DNA of 63,949 nt, counting the filler, from Folioceros fuciformis (taxonomy: Eukaryota): the NCBI GenBank assembly GCA_049999805.1. It is 6 parts of 6 records of this genome, joined end to end, with 100 filler letters (N's around TTAATTAATTAA, not from the genome) between each part and the next. Parts side by side here need not be neighbours in the genome. Positions count along the whole stretch, not along the records: positions 47,738 to 54,819 come from JBNGIO010005445.1; positions 54,920 to 59,844 come from JBNGIO010005448.1; 4 more parts are not named here. The stretch is one strand, 5' to 3'. How positions within the stretch are numbered: position 1 is the stretch's first letter; each line of letters starts with the position of its first letter. Made by a program: the position numbers and the translations under genes. Of this stretch, positions 49,903 through 59,944 are shown piece after piece. The notes under the pieces are model-generated. The model was not told the DNA's origin and ran no database searches. It saw nothing but the letters and a program-made list of their open reading frames with translations.

Positions 49903-52900
49903 ATGGTAAGTAAGTGAAACATGATTTTCAATGATAAAGTGAACATGAATTCTACTAGAGATGTACTTAAATAAATACAAGATGATTGTAAAAAGATCAA
50001 AATCTATTAATTTGCCGTACGTTTTTATTTATTACTTTAGTCTTGGGGTATGCAGCAAAAGATCAAGTTGCAAAAAAAACAAGCACAGAAACAAAGAGTA
50101 TTATTTTGTAACAATGCACGACAAAACTCAAAATTTCAATATGCAACCAATCTAATAAGCACAACCAAATATAGCTTGATGTCCTTTCTACCCAAGGCAT
50201 TATATGAGAAATTTTGTAGAGTAGCTAACCTATACTTTTTGTTTATCTCAATCATTGCATGTACCCCACTAAGCCCAATCTCTCCTTCAACACAAGTAGG
50301 CCCGTTTACTTTGATGATCGTTTTGTCTCTGATTCGAGAAGCTATAGAGGACTACAAGCGTTGGATTATGGATGATGCAACAAATATGCGGAATGTAGAG
50401 GTACTAAGGAATAATGGATGGTTACTTACACCTTGGCACAGTATTGTTGTAGGAGACATGATTCGAGTAGCCAATGACCAATTATTCCCAGCAGATTTGC
50501 TGTTGCTAGCCAGCACCAATGTTGATGGTACTTGCTACATGGATACATCTAACATAGATGGTAAAATCAATCTCAGGACATGTAAGGTGTGTGATGGCAC
50601 AAGGGGATTAAAATGCAATGGATCTGGAATTACTAAATTACAAGCCAAATTGGAATATGAACATCCTGATTGCTCAATTTATAGTTTTAGTGGAAAGCTG
50701 TACATGGCAAACAAGGAGGTTGCGTTGATCACAACTAGCCAACTTCTTCTGCGTGGTTGTAGTTTAAAAAATACATATTGGGTGATAGCATTGGTAGTTT
50801 TTACTGGCTCCGATACAAAAGTCATGATGAACAGCCTCCAAGTTCCATCTAAGAGAAGCACATTGGAGAAAAGATTGGATCTTTTCATTTTGCTAGTCTT
50901 TGTTTTACATTGTGTGCTAAGTAGCTTAGGGACCGTAGGACTTAGTCGAAACGTAGAGAAGGAGTTGATGTGTTTTGGAGTGAGCAAGTTTGATGATATC
51001 ACTACATCCACCAATCCATCTGTAACCACAATTTTAGGTGTGTTGAATTCTTTTATGGTGGTATCTTCTATTCTTCCTGTATCTTTGTATGGATCAATAG
51101 AGATAATAAACATGATCCTATGTACATGTTTTATCAACAAGGATAAAAATATGTACAGCTTAGATAGAAATACATTTGCATCTGTAAGTACATGTAACCT
51201 CAATGAAGACCTAGGTAGGATCCAATATGTTTTTCTAGACAAGACAGGGACACTTACCTGTAAGACCATGAATTTTGTCAAATGCTCAATAGCTGGTGTT
51301 ATGTATGGGGATGAGATTGCCCAAAACCAGCAGCTCATTGCAACAAATTGTGGTAGTTTGCCTTCTGTACAAAGTGAAAAAGAAGAAGAAGAAGAAGAAT
51401 TTTCAACAACACAAAAGCAAAAAGATGCATGTCCTTCACAAGATGAGTTTTTCAATTTTAATGACTCTAGGCTCATGAATGGAGCTTGGAGAAACCAAAT
51501 CAATGCCAATGTATACATGGAGTTCTTTCGATGCTTGGCAATATGTCATTCTGTGTTTCCAAATACTCAAGGGGCTTCTTCTCTATCAACCATGTATCAT
51601 GCTACATCACCAGATGAAGTCACTCTTGTGGTGGCTGCAAGAAACTTTGGCTTCACATTTCATATGCGCTATCCAACAACAATACAAGTGTTGGAACAAC
51701 ATGTACATAACATTGGTTCTTTGCAAGATGTAGAATACAATATTTTATGTGTGTTGGAGTTTAACACTACAAGGAAAAGGCAATCCATCATATGCAAGCA
51801 TCCAGATGGCAAGCTAACTCTTTATTGCAAGGGTGCAGATGATGTTATCTTTGAAAGACTTGTGGCCTCGTGCCCATATATGAATGCTACTCTCACACAT
51901 CTTAAGAGCTTTGAAACAAATGGATTACGCACTTTATGCTTTGCATACAGACGATTGGATGCACAAGAGTTTCTAGATTGGAATGCACGCTATGTGCAAG
52001 CTAAATCAAAGGGACAAGCAAGTGATATAGCAGACCAAATTGAAATAAATCTAACTTTGCTAGGATGTAGTGCCATTCAGGATAAACTTCAAGAAGGTGT
52101 TCAAATTTGCACCAAAAAACTACAAGATGCAAGCATTCTATTATGGATGCTTACAGGGGATGGCATAGAAACGTCCATCAATGTTGCTTCTACTTGTGGC
52201 CTGATCAACAGTAACATGAGAAGATTCACCATTGTTGCAAACAAGCAAAAAGATAAGAGCAATATAAGAAGCAAAGTTAACTCTTCGCTCAAAGATTTTA
52301 TGAACTATGTAGAAAGAAAATCCCATGTTGAGTCTTTTGCACTCGTCATAGATGGTTCATGCTTGGACTATGCAATGGAAATTGATAATCAAAGGTTATT
52401 TTTAAGTTTGGCCTTAAGGTGCAAAAGTGTCTTGTGTTGTAGAGTTTCTCCCTTACAAAAGGCTCAAACCATATTATTAGTTCGAAACAGCACAAACAAG
52501 GTGACATTGAGCATTGGTGATGGAGCTAATGATGTGGCCATGATCCAAGCAGCCCACATAGGAGTTGCCATAAGAGGAAAGGAAGACATGGAAGCGGTCA
52601 TGGCTAGTGACTTTGCCATACCTCAATTCTCCTTTCTAATAGATCTCTTGCTAGTGCATGGGCGTTGGTCCTACATTCGGATTTCAAAGGTGATGTCTTA
52701 CTTCCTCTATAAAAGTCTTGCCCTTTCTCTTACTACTTTTTGGTTTAACTTAAATACCCAATTCTCAGGCCAAAACATATACCATGATTGGTACATGGCT
52801 ATGTATAATGTCTTTTTCATCTCCTTTCCTATTGTTGTAGGAGTATTGGAGAAGGATGTTGATGCCAAACTAGCCAAAAAACATCCTCAACTTTACCAAC

Positions 52901-53592
52901 TTGGCATTCAAAATACATTGTTTAATTTTAGGAGTGTGTCCATGTGGTTCATTTCTGCATTGCACCACTCCTTAGTTTTCATCTACATCCCTATGTTTTT
53001 GGGAAAATATGCCCAAACTCAAGAAGGTCTTTTATTTGGTATATGGGATATTGGTANNNNNNNNNNNNNNNNNNNNNNNNNNNNNNNNNNNNNNNNNNNN
53101 NNNNNNNNNNNNNNNNNNNNNNNNNNNNNNNNNNNNNNNNNNNNNNNNNNNNNNNNGGATATTGGTATCATGGTCTTTACATGTGGATTCATCACAGTCC
53201 ACCTAAAACTACTTGTGATATGCTCTAATTTAACTAAATGGCATTGTCTAATTTTGGCTTCCAGCATTTTCTTTTGGATTCTCTTTTCGTTCATGTGTGC
53301 GAGTGTAAAAACTGAGTATGACACATTCAATATCTATTGGGTCATATTCATACTCATAAGAACTTGGACTTTTTGGTTCTGTCTATGCATGGTGCCTACA
53401 ATAGCTATAACGGTTGATACTAGTATTGAAGGACTATTGCAATATTTTTACCCCTATGACTACAACATCTTACAAGAGACGATGAGAACAAATACATCTC
53501 AAGGTGTAGTAGGACTAGAAAAGGGTTTAGGGTATTACGAAAGAAGTGTTGAGAATTCAAGCACTATAATACATGAGCCAAAAATGAGTTAA
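49903..53592 (+). CDS. ALA3: P4-type ATPase phospholipid flippase, ALA3-like; one long coding exon (50041-53592) plus a probable ATG-only first exon
   Basis: ISTTKY, PADLLLL, QLLLRGCSLKNT, DKTGTLT, SPDE, KGAD, CCRVSPLQKAQ, IGDGANDV, LLLVHGRWSY; ALA3-type EFNTTRKRQS and FSGQ..Y.DW. Confidence 0.92.
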
Positions 53593-53978
53593 AAGAAAGC
53601 TTTGCTCTCAAACAAAGGATGACAAGGATTGAGATTTCACGGAAAACTTTATAAAGCAAACAACTTGAAAGTTACAAACCCTAGAATAGAGTTATCAAGG
53701 AATGCTTGAAAATGTACAACTTCGTTAAGACGACGGAGTAACATGTTGAAAGGCATGTATGTACTTTAGTTGTTTTTTTTTAAAGATGTTTTTATTTACC
53801 TAAAAAAAATTCTTATCATAAAGAGAACTTCATAAAATAAAGTTCAATAGAATAATTACAAATTCTCTTAGCAAAGGTAATTAAAATCTTGGTTATGTAG
53901 TAGAAAACTATGACAAGAAACACCACAAGGCAACATTTGAAGTTGTTGAATATACAAGCAACTTCAAAAAAAAAATTC

Positions 53979-54116
53979 GTCCACTTTCTCTTAAGAGACA
54001 CCAACCTAAATTCAAGGTTTCAAAGTGTTGTGTTTATAGCCTAGGGTGTCCACTTTCTCTTAAGAGACACCAACCCAAATTCAAGGTTTCAAAGTGTTGT
54101 GTTTCTAGCCTAGGGT
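53979..54116. repeat. 69-bp tandem duplication
   Basis: gtccactttctcttaagagacaccaacc...gcctagggt twice. Confidence 0.9.
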
Positions 54117-54149
54117 TTCAACTTATTGTGTTTCTAGGCACATCGTCCT

Positions 54150-54819
54150 ATGTGAGGTTATGTGGTGTGGGAAATTATACACGGCAAGTTCCTAGGTCCT
54201 TAAAGGATAAAGGAGTGTGTATAATATTGTGCATACATAGTCTTGAATGCCAAGCCCCTCTTCTAGCCCTCCTACTCTTGTGGATGGTAGAAGGGAGGGT
54301 GTTGGCATATGCCCCTCTCATCTACGAGTGTGGGGGGGGAGTTTGATACCCTTTTCCCAAGGACGTAGAGTTAGAAGAGGTAGACAAACCACATTGGGGT
54401 ATTGCCTATATAAAAGGGCAACCATGTGTACAAGTAATATATACTTTTAATTAAAAACTTAGTCTTCTAACTTGGTATCAGAGCGATTATAGGCTCATAT
54501 GCCTAGACCTAGTTCAATCATGATTATATTATTTTATGTTGTCCCAAATATCTTTACCATGATGGGAATGTTACAAAGTTTCTTTTATATAATAAAATTA
54601 AAATTCTTACTTTTATTATTGAAATTGTTCTACTTTCATAATACTCTCATATAATTTTAAATAGTACAAAGGTAGAAAAATATTTTGATATAAATTATTG
54701 TTAATTGTTTTCTATGTCACCCTTTCTACTTAACAAAGTTGGGATTCAAGGAACACCTGAGGTTGAGTATTTAAAGATGGATAGGGCGAGATTGGATGCC
54801 TCTAGGGTTCTTCTCCTGG
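54150..54819 (+). mobile_element. LTR retrotransposon 5' end: LTR-like sequence with TATA box and PBS tRNA-iMet (54473-54484)
   Basis: ctatataaaagg near 54406; TGGTATCAGAGC. Confidence 0.65.
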
Positions 54820-54919
54820 NNNNNNNNNNNNNNNNNNNNNNNNNNNNNNNNNNNNNNNNNNNNTTAATTAATTAANNNNNNNNNNNNNNNNNNNNNNNNN
54901 NNNNNNNNNNNNNNNNNNN
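54820..54919. other. Artificial contig linker
   Basis: N44-TTAATTAATTAA-N44. Confidence 0.97.
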
Positions 54920-54969
54920 ATGCTGCTGTAGCTGCAGGTTGTGTACTAACTAGGTGGGTGATGCTGCAT

Positions 54970-57900
54970 TTAGGTGTCCGGGTCTTCCACTAACCCCATG
55001 GCTTCAGCAAATCTATCGCGCTTGTCCAAGGGAAGTGATTTTGTGAGTAAGTCTGCTATATTATCGTGCGTAGACACATATTGCAATGAAGCCTGACCTT
55101 CAGCCACCACCTGCCTGATAAAGTGGTGCTTAATTTCAATGTGCTTGGTCCTGGAATGAAGAACCGGATTCTGGGCTAGTGCAATAGCNNNNNNNNNNNN
55201 NNNNNNNNNNNNNNNNNNNNNNNNNNNNNNNNNNNNNNNNNNNNNNNNNNNNNNNNNNNNNNNNNNNNNNNNNNNNNNNNNNNNNNNNAATCCAGCAGTT
55301 CTCTTCCATGCAGTATGTCTTGAGCTGCTGTTGTTGCAGCTATGTACTCGGCCTCGGTGGATGAGAGGGCCACAACTGGTTGCTTTTTGCTGTGCCATGA
55401 GACAATGGTGGCTGTCTCTCATCCTCCCCTAGCATTAGACAGTTAGCAGAGATGGAGCGTCTGCTGTGAATATCTGACGCCCAGTCTGCGTCACAGAAGC
55501 ATGTTAGGCTGAGTGGCTTTGGATGTTGTATGTAGAGCAGTCCTTTCCTTGGTGTACCACTCAGATATCTCATGCATCTTTGTATTGCTGCCCAATGAGC
55601 TGAACCATAGCTGGTGAGAAATTGTGAAGTGACCCCAACTGCGTGAGAGAGCTCCGGCCTTGTCCAGTTCCGGAAATATATCAGCACTCCCACTGCAGGT
55701 CTGTACGGAGTCTTTNNNNNNNNNNNNNNNNNNNNNNNNNNNNNNNNNNNNNNNNNNNNNNNNNNNNNNNNNNNNNNNNNNNNNNNNNNNNNNNNNNNNN
55801 NNNNNNNNNNNNNNNGATAATTTTTCTCCCACTGCCATGGGTGTAGCTGCAGGGGATGCATTCTGAAGTCTAAACCGAGCTAAGACATGATGCACGAAAT
55901 GGGCTTGATGAATAAAGACAGTATGTTTGGACAGGTTCTGCTGAATCTGAACACCTAGGAAGAATTTAAGTTGACCTAGATCTGTCATAGCAAATTCAGA
56001 GGTCAAGATAGCCTTTACTTTTGACATTAGTTCTGGGCTGCTTGCGATGATCACAGCATCATCGACATACAAGGCTAGAAAGCAGATTCCATTACTGTCT
56101 TGCAGTTTGTAAACATTAGAGTCAGCACTACTCTGGACGAAGGCTGACTGCTTAAGGTAAGCATCTATTCTTTTAAACCATGCTCTGGATGATTGTTTAA
56201 GACCATAGATGGTTTTTAACAACTTACAAACTTTGTTTGGGTGATTTTTATCTACATACCCTTCAGGTTTGCGCATGTAGATAGTCTCCTCCAAAGTGCC
56301 ATTCAAGAATGCGGTCTTCACATCCATGTGATGCATGGCATAGTCATGTTGTGTAGCAACCGCCAGTAGGGTCCGCACAGATGTTGCTCGTACAACAGGT
56401 GAGAATGCTTCAGTATAGTCCAGACCTGCTACCTGGCTGTAGCCTCGTGCAACCATGCGTGCTTTGTATCTAGCAATTGAACCATCTGAGTTTAGTTTCT
56501 TTTTAAACACCCATTTGCATGTGATCGCTTTGCGTCCGGGAGGAAGGTCCTCCAACACCCAAGTTTTATTATCAATAATTGACTGGTACTCGGACTGAAT
56601 TGCAGCAGTCCACTTCTCCTTGTCTACTGAATTGATTGCCTCCTGATATGATTGAGGTTCTTCCAGGTCTAGTGGTTCATTCCCATCTTGCACTAGAAAT
56701 GACTGATAGGTCAAAGGTGGTTCCTTCCAGTCAGCTGGAGGTGATGTGTGCCTTCGAGAGCTTCGTCTTGGAGCTGCTACCTCTTCAGGTTCATGTATAT
56801 TGTCATGCAGTCCCTCTATTCCAAAGTTATCTTCCACAGATGATTCCCTAATTTCAGTGTCTACTGCAGGTGTGTCAGTTGGAAATCCGACATAGTCATC
56901 ATCCGGGAAGTCTGAGGGTTCCTCTTCTGTGTTACTATCAGACTGCTGTAGGGTAGAACTTGTCTGGTTCTGGTTAGCTGGAACGTAAGGGTGAACAGCT
57001 GAAGTCTGATTTACTGGAAAGGAAGGAGGACTGTCTGACTGACTTGTAACGCCTTCATGGTCATCATCAAGGTCAGGTTGGGGTGCAGCAGAATTCAGGA
57101 GTAGCTGCTCATTAAATACCACACTGCGTGCATGTGTTGTTGTTCTAGTAGAGGGATCAAACAGCTTATAGCCCTTTATACCTTCTGTATAGCCAATAAA
57201 GATGTACTTTCGGGCTTTGTAATCTAACTTAACCCTTTGCTGTTCTGACAGGTGTGCATAAGCTGGAGACCCAAATATTTTCAAGTGGTTAATTCGGGGC
57301 CTATGTTTTGTCCATCTCTGGAAGGGAGTGGCACCCGAGAATGCACTAGTGGGTACTCTATTTCTGACATAGACTGCAGTTGCTATGGCTTCTGCCTAGT
57401 AATCACGGGAAAGACCAGACAGCTTTAGCATAGACTTAGCAGATTCCTGAAGATGCTTATTACTCAACTCTGCTAGAGGATTTTGCGAGGAAGTATAGGG
57501 TACGGTGAGTTGCCTGACTATCCCCAGCTCCTTGCAATAATCCTTGAAGGCATTTGAAGTGAACTCACCCCCGTTGTCGCTGCGCAGGGCAATCAGAGTT
57601 TCTCCAGTCTGCCGTTGTGCATATGGTACATACTCCTGAAAACAACCCAAGGTCTGGCTTTTCTCCTTGATCAGGTATACCACAGCATATCTACTCCAGT
57701 CATCCAAGAATGTAAGAAAATAAAGTGCTCCTCCTAGGGAAGCTGTAGACATAGGGCCGCACATGTCAGTGTGGACCAGCTCAAGTGCCTTGGTGGCCCG
57801 AGTAGGATTCACATCCTTGTATGGCAGCCGATGGTGTTTGCCAAACACACACGACTCGCATATTTGTCTTTCTGCAAACTGAAGCACAAATGGCTCTCTA

Positions 57901-59630
57901 TAAAGGTTGGTGCTGGCCACCATTGCCTTTAGCTTGTCAAAGTTTACATGGGCAAGTCTGCAGTGCCACAACATAACTGCCTCCCTCCTTTTGGTTTCAC
58001 GGCTGACATTGGCGTGTGCTTGTGCAGGTTTGAGACCAAACTTGGAGGAAATGTTCAGCTGATACAGGTCATGGAAAGGTGCACCTGTGGCTAAGACTTT
58101 ATTTTTATGTTGGGGATCTGTAACAGTGCATTGCAGACCTCTAAAAGAGACATCCAGGGTGTTATGTGCTGTTAACTTACGGACAGATACCAGATTCTTG
58201 ACCATGGCTGGCACATGGAGGACATCTGTAAGAACAAGTGTTGTTCTATCTGGAAGTAGGACAGGTACTGATCCTATGCCTACAATCTGTAGACCACTAT
58301 CATCCCCAAGAAGTACGAACTGACCAGGTGTAACATTCCTGTATTCAGAGAAAGACCTCTTGCAGTGGCAGATGTGGGATGAAGCCCCGGAGTCTATGAA
58401 CCATACATGCTTGTTAGATGCTGTTGACACCATACAGACTGCTAGGATGGTACTAGATTTGCGGTGAACAACATTAGACTCAGGCGGTGCTGTCCGACGG
58501 GGTTCATTGGCCTTTTTCTTACAGCATTCAGCCTCCCAGTGGCCTGGGATTAGGCACCAGTTGCATGGACCTTTTTTCTTTGCTGAAGGTGCTGCTTGTC
58601 GCTTCTTGTAATTGCCACTGCTGCTATTATTTGGCCAAGGCTGACGAGGTGGTTGCTTCTTTGAGCCTCTGTGTGTGAAGAGCGCCCGGTTTGAAGTCTC
58701 TCCTCGGAGGGAGTTGCCACCTTTGCTTGCCTTACGTGTGGACTCCTCTTCAAGGAGTGCTCCAATCACGTCGGGCAGAGTGACTGCAGGTGCTTGGCCT
58801 GCTGGAGTTGCCTGAGCAAGATTCCTTAGCGACGAACTTTGGTTGCTGACGAAGGTCCGGTAAATTTCTGGTAAGGATAACAGCAACGCAATAGCAGCCT
58901 GCATCTCAGTTATTTTGGTGCCACTAGAAGAAAGCTTGGATCTGAGCATCCTGAATTTGATGACATGTTGTTCAACTGATTTATGTTCTTTCATTTTCAG
59001 GTTGTAAAAGTCCCTTGTAGCGCTGACCATTGATGTTCCATTAGTCACTTGGTATACTTGAGTAAGTGAATCCCAAACAGCCTTGGTAGAGTCCACATCT
59101 CTTGTATGGTACATCATGGTTCCATCCAGCGCTGACTGAATCACTCCCAAAGCTCTCAAATCCAATTTTGTCCAAGCATCAATGTCAGCCTGTGCTGATC
59201 CAGCTGCAGGTTTGGGTACAGCCCCTGTGACTACTCCCCAGAGGTCATGTTCCTTGAGAATGGTTTGTACCCGTAATGACCAGATGTCAAATTGTGTTCC
59301 ATTAAATCTGTCTTTTTCTTTAAAATCTACCTTTAAATAGTGTACGGTAGTATTGTTAGTCATTGTGTTGGGCTGTTGTGTACCCATATTTAAAACAGCT
59401 GCGTGTGCAGCAAGTGCAACTCTTCCTAATTGGGTTGCGTGACTATTTACAGATTCTGATGTAGTTGAGCTTGACTGCGAGGACGTGGGTTGCTGATTAA
59501 AGAACAAAGGATCAACAACAAAATTTGGATTGGCATTTTGTTGGCGACCCCTGCCTCTACCTCTACCCCTATGGTTTGGGTTATGTAATCTTCTCCCTCG
59601 GCTGTTATATGACATGTGCCCCCTGATCAC
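54970..59630 (-). mobile_element. Near-intact Ty1/Copia gag-pol (gag, CCHC, protease, integrase, RT, RNase H); one in-frame stop at 57396-57398
   Basis: CNWCLIPGHWEAEC; WFIDSGASSH; LWHCRLAH...CESC; SDNGGEF; YKARMVARGY; LYVDD; DADWA; LSSTEAEY; ADLLTK. Confidence 0.97.
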
Positions 59631-59844
59631 AGAGGTTGAGATGCCTCAGCCTCCAAGGCCTGAATTTGTTCAAGCTGGGTTGGAAAGGAAGCTAGGTAGG
59701 CCTGAGACATCTTTATGAAATCAGCAGTTGGATTTTGCACAATTGGAGATTTCTCTGAGGTCCTGACAGCAGGTTGTGTGTGCTGTGTTGTGTTCATGTC
59801 ATAGACTTGTCGTGATAGCGACTCAACGTGACGGCTGAGTGAGT

Positions 59845-59944
59845 NNNNNNNNNNNNNNNNNNNNNNNNNNNNNNNNNNNNNNNNNNNNTTAATTAATTAA
59901 NNNNNNNNNNNNNNNNNNNNNNNNNNNNNNNNNNNNNNNNNNNN
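59845..59944. other. Artificial contig linker
   Basis: N44-TTAATTAATTAA-N44. Confidence 0.97.

Noticed and set aside
53046..53167. Apparent 37-aa insertion in the P4-ATPase
   Set aside because: The 100-N gap is flanked by duplicated ggatattggta, and closing it restores the normal WDIG-IMVFT sequence; similar false gaps occur at 437-446 and 40683-40782.
57396..57398. Programmed stop-codon readthrough between gag and pol
   Set aside because: The stop is inside integrase at a conserved Trp codon, not at a gag/pol boundary; a simple G>A mutation explains it.
29736..59900. Five TTAATTAATTAA palindromes as a biological motif
   Set aside because: Each is centred in 44+44 Ns; this is an assembly linker with stops in all frames, so gene neighbourhoods across these points cannot be interpreted.
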